64,000 bases of DNA from Octopus vulgaris (GCA_951406725.2 OX597821.1:7936001-8000000), one strand, 5' to 3'; positions 41,392 to 53,576 are shown, counted from the first letter of the stretch. Made by a program: numbers and translations. Notes: a model not told the origin generated them from the sequence alone.

Positions 41392-41625
41392 TAACTAAAC
41401 ACTTTGAAACTTCGTATACTGGCAGAATGTGTCATATAGAACATCTTTTACTCTTAGCGTTGTTGAGAAAAGTTTCTATTTACAAAGTTATTTTGTGTTA
41501 AAGTTGTCGTATTTCCGTAATTTCAACCAATCAATGACGTGTATTCAGCTGAATGAAATTACTGCCGTTGTTTGACAACAACTATCGGCGCTGTATATTT
41601 CGTTTGTCACTGTTATTTATGACAG
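41392..41625. mobile_element. Unclassified dispersed repeat fragment
   Basis: aaacttcgtatactgg.agaatgtgt..ata.aacatc is shared with 62487-62640. Confidence 0.55.
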
Positions 41626-41817
41626 TTGAATAGACATGTAAATAATTTAAAAAGGAAAAAAGAAAATCCTCAATGGAGTTTTTTAGGCGAAAAATTGCAC
41701 AAATCTGTCTTGATTAAGAGGCTTATCTCTCGAGGAAGGCATGCTCTGACATGGAATAAATAAAAATTTATATGACTTTCTATTGTAAAAATTACTTGGC
41801 AACGATGGGATATTCAG

Positions 41818-41851
<34 letters not shown>

Positions 41852-42007
41852 TGGTAAAATAGAAAGATGAATAATCTTGTTGCAGATTAATCAAAAGTTT
41901 AACCGATACCTTGGTAGCAAAAATCACGGCAAAAATCATGTGTAGAATGCAATAAAAGGAATTCTGTTCAATCTTCGTTCAACTCCATTTCTTCAATTCA
42001 CTAATAA

Positions 42008-42048
<41 letters not shown>

Positions 42049-42515
42049 TACAGACACTGATGTATACACAAATACAGAATGACATACACATCTGAGTAGA
42101 CATACAAACATGCAGCTACATATGCATCCAACCACACAAATACATAATTACATACACATCTAAGGAGACATGTATGTATGCGTCTGGGTGTGTATTTTTT
42201 TTACATAAACACAGATGCATATGCATCCAACTAGACAAATATATGCACGCACACACACACACACAAACATACACAAATACAAGGTTACAAACATACATGC
42301 ACACATAAATACAAAGCTAAATAGACTAACATACATACACGCACGCACACACTACTAGCCAATTAATCATATACACAGACACTCAGTTACACTGCACATC
42401 TAACGAGATACACGTACATACACAAACTAATGTCAGACCAGAAACCAGAGAGGGAAATAATTAGCCACAATAACAATTAGAAAACCAAGACAAGAGAGGG
42501 GGGGAGAGACAGGCA

Positions 42516-42547
<32 letters not shown>

Positions 42548-42767
42548 CTGGGTGAGAGAGTTAGAAAAATGAGAAGGAGAGACTGATGGATTAGTGGAAA
42601 ATATATTAAATAAAAACAGTGTGGTAGAGAGAGAGAAGAGATGGACAGGAGATGAGAGGGAGAGAAGAGGAAGGAGTGAGGGTGATGGCTGAAGTAGCTC
42701 TGAGGTGAATTACTCGTTTAGCTTGATCAATAACTGTGTCAATCATGACTTAAGAAGTTCCATTTAG

Positions 42768-42782
42768 GTAACTAGCAACACG
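42768..42782. promoter_or_regulatory. RFX X-box-like motif GTAACTAGCAAC(ACG)
   Basis: Perfect RGYAAC half-site with a degenerate partner; an identical 15-mer lies at 54786-54800. Function is inferred. Confidence 0.35.
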
Positions 42783-43033
42783 TGAGTCAAATATAACCTG
42801 TAGCTTAAAGGACAAGCTGACATTCTCTGATGAAGTGCTAACAACGATGATGTCCAACACACACAAAGGTGTTGCTGTGCAGTAAGAAGTTTGCTTTCCA
42901 ACCACATGGTTCTGGGTTCAATCCCACTGTATGGCACCTCGGGCAAGGGTCTTCTTCTATAGCCCCACGGCAACCAAAATCGTGTGAGTGGGTTTGGTAC
43001 AGGGAAACTGAAAGAAGCCAACTGTATATACAT

Positions 43034-43071
<38 letters not shown>

Positions 43072-43133
43072 ATAGATAGAAAGACTGACAGACAGACAGA
43101 TAGATAGATAGACGGATGGATATATTTATGTAT

Positions 43134-43517
43134 ACTCTTTTACTTGTTTCAGTCATTTGACTGCGGCCATGCTGGAGCACCGCCTTTAATCGAGCAACTC
43201 AACCCCAGGACTTATTCCTTTGTAAGCCCAGTACTTATTCTATCGGTCTCTTTTGCCAAACCGCTAAGTAACAGGGACATAAACACACCAGCATCGGTTG
43301 TCAAGCAATGCTAGGGGGACAAACACAGACACACAAACACATATACATATATACGACGGGCTTCTTTCAGTTTCCGTCTACCAAATCCACTCACAAGGCA
43401 TTGGTCGGCCCGGGGCTATAGCAGAAGCCACTTGCCCAAGGTGCCACGCAGTGGGACTGAACCCGGAACCATGTGGTTGGTTAGCAAGCTACTTACCACA
43501 CAGCCACTCCTGCGCCT
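43134..43517 (-). mobile_element. tRNA-derived SINE family A, full length
   Basis: Near-identical to the other young copies. Confidence 0.9.
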
Positions 43518-43653
43518 GATTGTTAATATTTAGAACTACATTGCTGGGTAGCTGTGCAAAGCCAGATTTGATCAATTTGAACATAAAATAGGTACAATAT
43601 TTGGGTCTGATATGGCCGGTTTAAATGCTAAAGGGTTAACTGTATTCGTCAGA

Positions 43654-43699
43654 CTACCAAACACAGTGTTTCTGTGTGGTTTTGCCTCTTCAGTAGCAA
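43654..43699 (-). ncRNA. Decayed type I hammerhead motif
   Basis: On minus: ttgcta-CTGAAGA-ggcaaaaccacaca-GAAA-cactgtg-TT-tggtag. Stem III ACAC-T-GTGT, stem I with 3 G-U pairs, poorly formed stem II. Confidence 0.4.
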
Positions 43700-44142
43700 C
43701 TACCAGCTCAATTATTTGGAACTAAACTGGAACTTTTGTACCTGTATCGCTACTATAAATAATTCTAGTTTGGCAGGCTTCAGCACATATTGCAAAAGTA
43801 TTGTTTGCTGTTTTCTATTTTAGGTGTCATTTAATTAATGAGAAGTACAAATACGTAAATGCTATTGATTAAGGGGAAAAAAAAACTGGGTTTTTTTTTG
43901 AGAAGCAGCCAAACAAATCATGGAATAATCCATCTAGAGATTTCTTCCCTTTTTTAGCACAAAAAACATAAAAAGGAATATCTTTATATAGTTTTTATTT
44001 CACCTACATCTAGGCTAATATGTATTCATATGTGATCAAGTGACTGACCAGACTCTTTGGATGCTGTTATTTATTGCTAGTCACACTGCACTTTGCATCA
44101 TTTTGGTTTTCAAATGATGTCACTCTGCTGGCTAGGGAGCAG

Positions 44143-44178
<36 letters not shown>

Positions 44179-44933
44179 CTATATATATATATATATATAT
44201 ATGATATTTTTGCATATTTTGAGGCGTTTGTGGGAGCAGAAGATGAAATCACAGACAAAAACATGTTTAAGTCATATTTTAGAGTAATTTCACCAGTCAT
44301 TGAAAAGCTACCCAGAAAGGATGAAAGGAAAACTGTATTTTCATCATCATCATCATTTAATGTCCGCTTTCCATGCTAGCATGGGTTGGACGGTTCAACT
44401 GGGGTCTGGGAAGCCCGAAGGGAAGCACCAGGCCAGTCAGATATGGCGGTGTTTCTACAGCTGGATGCCCTTCCTAACGCCAACCACTCCATGAGTGTAG
44501 TGGGTGCTTTTTATGTGCCACCGACACGTACCAGACGAGGCTGGCGAACGGCCACGCTCGGATGGTGTTTTTTACATGCCACTGGCACGGAGGCCAGGCG
44601 AGGCTGGCACGGCCACGATCAGATGGTGTTTGTTACGTGCCACCAGTACGGAGGCCAGTCGATGCGGAGCTGGCAACAGCCACGTTCGGACGGTTCTCTT
44701 ATGTGCCACCGGCACTGGTACCACAAACTATAAATTCCATTGATGTGGATCGATTTTGATTTGATTCTTTGATTCAAGAAGGAAGGTATGCACAGGTGGA
44801 CTGACTACGTCCCAGGTAGGGGCCATGGGTTATGGCCTCACTTAACCCGTGGCCCCTACCTGGGACATAGCTAATAAATAAGCAGAGGTGTTTTTTATAC
44901 CACTTTTCGATGCATTTGTGGAGAAAGAAGATA

Positions 44934-45801
44934 TGTGGTCTGATCAATAAATATCCGGACTGTTGCCAGAGTAACAAAGCTAAAGCATGCACAGATTGAC
45001 CTTGAACTCTGCTGTACATGCACACTAAGTTTTAACATTCTAGCTCACTTCTGCTGTTTACAGCAGGGCTTGGCAGGAACGTGTGTAGTGTGTGATCATC
45101 ACATTGACCATGACAGAGAAAGTTGAGCAGAGAATCTCCATCAAATTTTACCAAAAGCTTGGTGATACCTGGTGAGAAGCCTACGCAAAGTTTTCAAAAA
45201 GTTTTCATCATTCTTGACACAATCAAAGAGATCTTGTGCAACTGAAACCCAAGTGTCTTTTTGGTCAGCTGAAAGCAGTTTTGGCACAAAATTGGAAGAC
45301 ATGTATCTCATATCCAAATCTTCAGTGATGATGGACTGAACCGAACCGTAACTAATCTGCACATCCTCTGATAACTCACAGATGGTGATTCGATGATTTT
45401 TTTCCCTCACAGCTGCACATGCATCTGTAATGTTTTTCTCAGTTCTGCAGGTTGTGGGTCTCCCGGAATGTTTGTCAATATCAAAATTTTTTTCAACCAT
45501 CTTGGAAACATTTGAACCACTCATACACCTGTGCATGCCTCATACACTTTCTGCAACTTTGCATAGGCCTCTGAGCAAGTATCTCACCATAACTTTCTGT
45601 TTCATGGTCCATGCAATGACCACACACTACACATGTTCCTTCCAAACACTGCTGTAAACAGTGGAAGTGAGCTAGGGCATTAAAACTTAGTGCACAGGCA
45701 CAGCAGAGTTCAAGGTCAATCTTTGCCAAGCAGCTTCACTCTGCATTAGCTTTACCTTTGTTATTATGGCAACATTCCAGATACTCAGTGATCAGACCTT
45801 G
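44934..45801. mobile_element. Mariner-derived element composed of two inverted 5' ends
   Basis: TA-flanked TIRs (ggtctgatca.t.a.tatc.gga.tgttgcca). Transposase N-terminus on + (45110, MTEKVEQRISIKFYQKLGDT) and a longer N-terminal remnant on -. Confidence 0.85.
45193..45607 (-). pseudogene. Mariner transposase pseudogene fragment (HTH region to WVPHEL-like motif)
   Basis: VYEWFKCFQDG / SGRPTTCRTEKNI...RITICELSEDVQISYGSVQSIITEDLDMRYMSSNFVPKLLSADQK. Frameshifted and lacks the DD34D domain. Confidence 0.88.
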
Positions 45802-45977
45802 TATTGATGCAGAGTTTTAAGATGTTACGCCAGTTATTTTGATGTCCATTCACTTTTCTGTACTACCCCCATCATGAAACTGAAAACTGTGAAAAAATGC
45901 TCCACCTTACACACACACACATACAAACATACATCAGTATATATCTATCTATATATAAGTGTATATATATATATATA

Positions 45978-46175
45978 CCGGAGTAAACACATAAATGTGA
46001 AACAAGGTGGAAAAAAGAGTACTCAAATACCAGTGGTAGAGTAATATGCTTTATTTTAAGCAGCAGAAAATTCAACAAAACCTGTTACTCTGGGTTTCAC
46101 GTTCCCGTTCGTCGGACAGTTTTTGCTAGCAAAACTGTAACAGGTTTTGTTGAATTTTCTGCTGCTTTAAATAAA

Positions 46176-46181
<6 letters not shown>
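45978..46181 (-). mobile_element. Penelope-like terminal repeat remnant with a partial inverted copy
   Basis: Hammerhead followed by AATAAA (46055-46050, minus); inverted arms 46044-46087 and 46138-46181; inserted in (TA)n. Confidence 0.6.
46082..46119 (-). ncRNA. Minimal type I hammerhead ribozyme motif (U4C core variant)
   Basis: On minus: CTGT-CCGACGA-ACG ggaa CGT-GAAA-cccagag-TA-ACAG. Stem I CTGT/ACAG, stem II with GNRA loop, GUA triplet, predicted cut after 46086. Confidence 0.65.
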
Positions 46182-46229
<48 letters not shown>

Positions 46230-46326
46230 CTGTGTGCATGTGTTTATTCATATTTTTAAAAATTGTGAAAAAATGCTCCACCCTATATATATACACACAT
46301 ATATCAGTATATATACCTATATGTAA

Positions 46327-46369
<43 letters not shown>

Positions 46370-46404
46370 TGAATATACACACACACACATATATATATAT
46401 ATAT

Positions 46405-46437
<33 letters not shown>

Positions 46438-48658
46438 TTCATATTTAAATAAAAAATTTAATTCCTGTATTTCAACCACAAAATTACAACTTATTAAAAA
46501 CTACAATCGGGAAGAGGAGAGAATAAAACATTTATGATGAAGGATCCGTGACAAAGACTAAAGTTGATGGCAAGGTATCAAGGAACTCACATGGTTCTCA
46601 TAGATGAAACAACAGAAGAAGAAAAAAAAAAAAAAATTCTTCTACTATACACACATGGCCTGAAATTTCAGTGGATGGAGCAGGATAGTTGATCTCACAC
46701 AGCCCAGTGCTTAACTGGTACTTATTTTATCGACCTTGAAAAATTAAACAGATATTGACTCCAGGAGAATTTGAACTCAGAATGTAAATCTGGAGGAACC
46801 GAATCTAAGCATTTTGTCTGGCATCCTAACAACTCTTCCAGCCAGACAACCACATCATTACCACTAATTTACAAAGCAGTGGTTTACACAACACTGGTGC
46901 TATTGTCTGTTCATGAGCATTGTAATTAAGAGTTAACGTGTATAGGCATAACAGGTATAGCAAGATTTAATGAATGCATTGGAATTGATAATTTACTTTG
47001 TGGCGTGTATTGTACTATATTGATGGCTTTTATTAGTTATTAAGTTTGTTATTAGTTATTAAGTTTATTAAGGCAGCAAGCTGGCAGAATCATTAGTGTG
47101 CCAGACAAAATACTTCGCAACATTTCTTCCAGCTCTTTACATTCTGAGTTCAAACTCTACTGAGATTGACTTAGGTTTTTATCCTTTCAGGGATCAATAA
47201 AATAAAGTAGCAGTCAAGCACTGGGGTTGATATAGTCAACTTACTCCCTACTCTTAAAACTGATGGTCATGTGCCAAGATTTGAATTATTTACAAGTTTA
47301 TCAAAAACTTCAAGGATGTCACATTTTTAAGAGATTTCATTATCATCATCATCATTTAAAGTTAACTTTTGCAGGTCTTCCCGAGTCAGATGGAATTTGT
47401 TGCAGCAGATTTTCTATGGTTGGAAGCCCTTGCTGTCACAAACCCTCAATTGTTTCTAAACAAGGTAATATTGCCCCATACCCAGACACATTTTTCACAG
47501 GAGATTGGAAATAAACAACCTCACTTGTACAACTGTGAAGCTTATTTACAACCACTATGTGATGTCAAGACAGATGTACACACAAACATACATATTCTTT
47601 TATTTTTTTACTTGTTTCAGTCATTTGACTGCAGCCATGCTGGAGCACCACCTTAAAGGGTTTTAGTCAAAGAAATCAACCCCAGGACTTATCTGTATGC
47701 CTAGTACTTATTCTATTGGTCTCTTTTGCAGAACAACTAAGTTACAGGGGCAAGCGATGGCAGGGGTACAAAAACATAGACACACGCACATATGACAGGC
47801 TTCTTTCAGTTTCCGCCTACCAAATCCACTCACAAGGCTTTGGTCGGTCCAAGGCTATAGTAGAAGACACTTGACCAAGCTATCACTCAGTAGGACTGAA
47901 CCCAGAACCATGTGGTCGGGAAGCAATCTTCTTACCACACAGCCATGCTTGCACCTATATACATGTATATGGTATGCTTCTTTCAGTTTCCATCAACCAA
48001 ATCCATTCACAAGTCATTAGTCAGCCAGGGTCTACTATAATTGAAGACCCTTGCCCAAGTAGAAAGCACTTGCAGTGCAGTGAGACTGAACCCAAGACCA
48101 CATGGTTAGAAAGCAAGCTTCTCAACCACCAAGTCATATAATTTTTGAAAGGAATTGTAACTATGCATGAGTGTTGGGAAGCCTTTTGCAAAATATGTCC
48201 AAAGACATTTGGCTCAAGCAATGTTGTTTGGTAACCCTGGAGCTAATTTTAGAAATTCAGGCAAAATGCCATGATGAAAATTATTGAAGAATTTGAATTT
48301 GTGCAAGTGTATACATGTCTGAGAAACTTAAAAAGTTGGATATTTCTAGACAGATTAGTCTATCCAGATACTACTGTCCCACTCCTCCTCCCATCACCCT
48401 TGACATGTCCACTACCCTTGGACCTACACTAATCACTCTGCCCTATCTTTTGTCCCAGGCCCACAGGAATTCTTTCCCTGTTCATGTGATTCATGTAGGT
48501 GTTGACTTATGAAGGTTCAAAAAGACCATTAATGACATCACAGTCACCAATTTAAGAGGACCTACAAAAACCAATGGAGATACTAGGCACTGCCTCTTCC
48601 CCTAGACCCCCAGCAACCAAAAAAAACATTTAAAAAAATATCCACAGTTTTACAAGTG

Positions 48659-48813
48659 GAGGCATGGCATAGTGGTAAGAAGCTTGCTTACCAACCACAT
48701 GGTTCAGAGTTCAGTTCCACTTTGTGGCACCTTGGGCAAATGTCTTCCACTATGACCTTGGGCTGACCAAAGCCTTGTGAGTGGATTTGGTAGGCAGAAA
48801 CTGAAAGAAGCCC

Positions 48814-48856
<43 letters not shown>

Positions 48857-49076
48857 TTGTATGTATGTATGCATGCATGCGTGGATTTTTGAGTCTGTTT
48901 CCACCACCACCACACCACTTGACAACTGGTGTTGGTTTGTTTTGTCCCTGTGACTTAGCAGTTCAACAAAAAAAAAAATCAATAGAATAAGTACCAGGTT
49001 TAAAAAAAAAAAGCACTGGAACTCTTTGGGGCAGTGCCCCAGCCTGGTCACAGTCTAGTGACTGAAATGAGTAAAA
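48659..49076 (+). mobile_element. Older SINE family A copy
   Basis: Diverged head, body and tail. Similar old copies at about 600-765, 4440-4590, 23085-23210, 38825-39180, 42865-43020, 47605-47956 and 53960-54230. Confidence 0.75.
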
Positions 49077-49528
49077 AATAATTTTTTAAAATTCTATTTC
49101 TTATCCAAAACTAGTCTTGGGACTCTGCTTCAGTAATTTTAGAATTTACTTGAATAATGAAGCCCCACTTCACGACTCCAAATAATATCAGAGTTGACAT
49201 GACAACTAATGAGATTGATGTATACTTGGAAGCACATATCTAGGAAAATAATTTTTCCTGAGAAATAAGGTACTAATAATAATACTGATTATTCACCTAT
49301 AGGTTAGATTAGGGGCTGGCAAACTTCTTATATGCCACTGACCCCCTTCATGGAATTGTCAACAAATTATTGACCCTTACCCAAGGGGTAAGGGTCAATA
49401 CATATGCATGCATGTATGTGTGTGTATATACATATATATATATATATGTATGCATGTGTGTATGTATATATATGTATATGTATGCATGCATGTGTGTGTA
49501 TATACATATATATATGTATGCATGTGTG

Positions 49529-49569
<41 letters not shown>

Positions 49570-49623
49570 GTATGTATGCATATATATATGTATATATAAA
49601 ATGTCGGCATATACGTGTATGTA

Positions 49624-49658
<35 letters not shown>

Positions 49659-49760
49659 TCGGGGTGAGTACTTGATATTTATAAGCACCTGTATATACCG
49701 TTTGGTGGTGTAGGTGGTGGAGTAAATTGATCAAAATAAAAACATGATGCCAAGGATTCA

Positions 49761-49838
49761 GCGGTACATATGTTTCGGGCCTTTATTAGACAGATTTATA
49801 ACAATGCATAATGTATGTCTGTGGCCTTCTTCAGCCGC
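49761..49838 (-). ncRNA. Type I hammerhead ribozyme motif (mirror copy, KIFAP3 sense strand)
   Basis: Exact reverse complement of 49995-50072. Confidence 0.78.
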
Positions 49839-49994
49839 GCACAACAGCTTCCACAAGGACATGTGTTACATCAAAAATTCTTGGTTGGGGATGCAAATCC
49901 TCTCATTCACGTACGACATAATGCGAATGAGAGGATTTGCATCCCCAACCAAGAATTTTTGATGTAACACATGTCCTTGTGGAAGCTGTTGTGC

Positions 49995-50072
49995 GCGGCT
50001 GAAGAAGGCCACAGACATACATTATGCATTGTTATAAATCTGTCTAATAAAGGCCCGAAACATATGTACCGC
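49995..50072 (+). ncRNA. Type I hammerhead ribozyme motif with palindromic stem III
   Basis: GCGG-CTGAAGA-aGGCC..(41 nt)..GGCCc-GAAA-C ATAT G-TA-CCGC. Stem I GCGG/CCGC, intact core, stem III ACATATGT, GUA triplet (cut after 50068). A-C mismatch at the base of stem II. Confidence 0.78.
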
Positions 50073-50102
50073 TGAATTCTTGGCATCATGTTTTTATTTT
50101 GA

Positions 50103-50144
<42 letters not shown>

Positions 50145-51655
50145 TACATATGTATGTATGCACACACATCACACACACAGATATATATATATATATGTAT
50201 GTATGTATGCACGCACACACGCACACATAGAGAGAGAGAGGGGGGCCTACCAATGCCACCATGGAAAGCCGATGATGATGATGATGACAATGACGACGAC
50301 GAAGTTCATGTAAAAATATTTAGTCAAAAGCACAAGATATAGGAAAAGCAGCACCATAATAATAATAATAATAATAATAGTAAGAATTTCTTTTATAATA
50401 ATAGTAAGAATTTTTTTTAAATGTACTCCAAGGAGGGGGAAGCTTTTCCTTAGGAGCAAGAAAACAATTCTCCTGGGTAGAGCCTTATCTCTTAGAATCC
50501 AGCATGGTGCTTGAAAAGAACACACATAAACTGAAAGATAAAAGGTAAGAATAACAACAGTTTCTTCTATCATTTTAGGAAAGGTATTTTATTCAACTGA
50601 ATCTCCTGGTGGGCTATGGGTCACACAGTGAGCTTTTACTGCTAGAAATAGCAACCAAATTTCCGTGATATCACCCAAACATTTTTTTAACAAAAAAGGA
50701 AGGACACATATTAGATAATGTTGTCTTAACCACTCACCACATCAAAAAAATTTTAAGATATAAAATAAAATCAAAAACAGACAACCTATTGGAATGGTCA
50801 CAACAGGAATGTCTTTAATATCATAGGTTTGCTCAGTGAAGGTTAATGATATGTGGCTAAGCAACAATTAGTAAACAAGAGCAGAACATTTATTTGTGAG
50901 TGTGTGTGTGTGTGTGTGAACAGGAAAGGGGTCTAGACCTTAAAAAACAATACATTGGACTTCATGATCAAAAATCCTTGAATCTGACAGACTGACCCAG
51001 TAACTCTGTCCTTCACAAAGTTCTAGAATTAAAGCAGTCTCCGAGATCTTCAGCATGTGTGAATAAACCACTATTCTATTTGTATAAGGATAAACATAAA
51101 AAAAAAAAAGGATGAAAAAATAACAAAATACAGCAGTCCACTGCTGAATGTATTTTTCATCAAACCTGAAGGGTTTTGGTCACCACTATTAACTCCTTTG
51201 TACTGCAGCATTAACTGGATACTGACCATGTGTTTTGCCAGTTTGAACCGACTGGTGCAATGTGGAGTAAAGCATCTGACACAAGGATATAATGCACCTC
51301 TCAGACCAGGAACGAAACTGATGAGCTTATAACTGAGAGTGTAGTTGCTTAACCAGTAGACTATGTCCCTCCTCATTAACATTTGTAAATTATGATAATG
51401 AGATGGAAGGTTAAAGGTGATGAGCTGGCTGAATTGTTACCACACTGGACAAGATGCTTAGTGGTGCTTCTTCTGGTTTTACATTCTGAGTTCACAGACT
51501 TGCTTCCTGACCATGTGGTTTTGAGTTCAGTCCCACTGTGCAGGACTTTGGGCATGCGGCTTCTGCTATAACCTCAGGCTGACCAAAGCCTTGTGAGTGG
51601 ATCTGGTCAAAGGAAACTGAAAGAAGCCCATTGAATTTGTACAAAGAGGTATATA

Positions 51656-51888
51656 CAGGGTTGGCCAAAAGTCACCCGACAGTAAATCAAAATTCCATAA
51701 ATAATATCGGTAATTCTGTATTGACTTGAATGGGAAAATGTGTCGCTCAAGAAGGACTTCGGTTTGAACAATTTTCATGATGTTTCATATTTAGATACTT
51801 TTATTAAATTCGTTCAGTTGGTAAACATAAATAAATCTTGGAATTAAATGGTTCTGATTTACTGTCAAGTGACCTTTGGCCAACCTTG
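51656..51888. mobile_element. Tc1/mariner-type MITE
   Basis: TA-cagggttggccaaaagtcacccgacagtaaatca ... tgatttactgtcaagtgacctttggccaaccttg-TA. A left-truncated relative lies at 55801-56029. Confidence 0.85.
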
Positions 51889-52036
51889 TACATGTGTTTG
51901 TGCATACCATTGTCTTGACAGCTTAAGTGATGTTTATTTCTAGTCTTCTGTGAAAGATAAGTCAGGCTATGGGGAAATGTTACCTTACTTAGAAACAGGT
52001 GAGAGCTGGCAACAGGAAGTGCATCTGGTTGCAGAA

Positions 52037-52275
52037 AATACCTATTTCTTTACTACCCACAAGGGGCTAAACACAGAGAGGACAAATGAGGACAGACAAA
52101 CGGATTAAGTCGATTATATCGACCCCAGTGCGTTACTGGTACTTATTTAATTGACCCCGAAAGAATGAAAGGCAAAGTCGACCTCGGCGGAATTTGAACT
52201 CAGAACGTAACCGCAGACGAAATACCACTAAGCATTTCACCCGGCGTGCTAACATTTCTACCAGCTCGCCGCCTT
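52037..52275 (-). mobile_element. tRNA-derived SINE family C, young full-length copy
   Basis: On minus: aggcggcgagctgg..gttctgagttcaaattccgccgaggtcgactttgcctttcattctttcggggtcaatta. The central block resembles the Sauria/Meta-type SINE domain (from memory). Older copies at about 2712-2900, 3302-3650, 8725-8880, 15256-15715, 28226-28650, 33595-33715, 46640-46845 and 47070-47285. Confidence 0.85.
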
Positions 52276-53303
52276 ATTTTTGAAAATTCTAAATGTAGAA
52301 AATACCATTTAGTATCCGCTTTCCATGTTGGCATGGGTTAGACAGGAACTGGTAAGCTGGAGAGCTACACAAGTTCCAGTCGAATTTGGCATAGTTTCTA
52401 CAGCTGGATGCCCTTACTAACACCAACCACTCCAGGTGCTTTCATATGTCACTAGAACAAATGCCAGTTATATGACACTGGCACCGGCCATGATTACGAT
52501 TTCACTTGGCTTGTTAAAGGATGATGATATACAGGTACAACTCCTACTTTTAAATGACATCATTTCATACTACAAACATTGTACAAAAGAAAAGGATGGA
52601 TGCCAACTACTATTTTTAATTTTCAGGGGCAGGTTTATCTTTTGGCTGGTTCTCTTTACTCCTTAGAGTAAAGAGCCAAATTTCAGTGCTGGGTGAAGGT
52701 GCTTCCTTCAGTTAGCTTCTCTATAAAGATGAAACAATATATTCAGGTTGAGAATGACAACTCTGATTAGAATGATAAATAGGATAACCAAAAGAATTCC
52801 ACAAGGATCAACTTTCAGCCCTGTATTGTTTGCAATTCAATTTTATCATGCTATATGACATACCACGTGGAATTTACGATGATGCATTGTAAATGATACT
52901 AAAACATATCTAATACCAACCAGTGCCAAAACTACATTCCAAAGACTAAGATTCTGGTTTGAGGTAAGAAAATAGTTCAGCGCTAATCTGCACAGCACAT
53001 ATAACTCATGTTAGTGTTCTGTTGATAAGCAGGCCAGTGCTGTGGCCACAAAGGCTGCAAACAAATGCTTGAGACTATCAACTATCCACATGTTGTAGGT
53101 TCAGAGTTAATCTGCGATCACTCAACAGTAAACCAAAGCAACCCACCCACAAGAAAAAAAAAAAAAAAAAAAAGAAAAGACTATCTGTCTGATTGGCAAA
53201 ACCTCACTCAGTAATACCCTTGAACCACTAAACCAGCGAGATAACCTCTATGTGGTCACTCAATTTGCTAGAAATAGCAGCCAATAATGATGGAGTCATA
53301 GAT

Positions 53304-53478
53304 CAGTGGTTCCCGACCTGTGGTCTGCAATGATAGTACTGGGTGGGGTGGGGTCTGTGAACTAAATTCAAAATTTCATATATATATATACAAAAGCATA
53401 AGCATATTAAAAGGGGTCTGTGGGAGAACTCATTTAAATAAAAGGGGTCCTTCATAGTGAAAAGGTTGGGAACCATTG
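53304..53478. mobile_element. hAT (Charlie/MER5-like) MITE
   Basis: TIRs cagtggttcccgacct / aggttgggaaccattg; 8-bp TSD tcatagat / ttctagat fits NTCTAGAN. Confidence 0.8.
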
Positions 53479-53576
53479 TTCTAGATATATTAGCCACAAC
53501 AGAAAAAAACCCCCACCCAACTTGTTATGGCTGATCTGGGAAAGAGAGTGAGTGAGTGTGTGTGTGGGGGTGGTGT

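Larger units (their letters stand above)
49730..50103. repeat. Near-perfect palindrome: 179-bp arms, 16-nt loop (inverted Penelope-like terminal repeat)
   Basis: 49730-49908 is the reverse complement of 49925-50103 with one mismatch seen (ccaaGgattc vs gaatTcttgg). Confidence 0.95.

Noticed and set aside
41909-41940. Coding alternative first exon (ATG ATT TTT GCC...AAG|gtatcg)
   Set aside because: The donor is phase 0, out of frame with exon 2. A non-coding exon cannot be excluded but is unsupported.
49744-50290. Two ORFs sharing [18 protein letters not shown] as a duplicated gene
   Set aside because: They are the two arms of the palindrome; no recognisable protein or splice structure.
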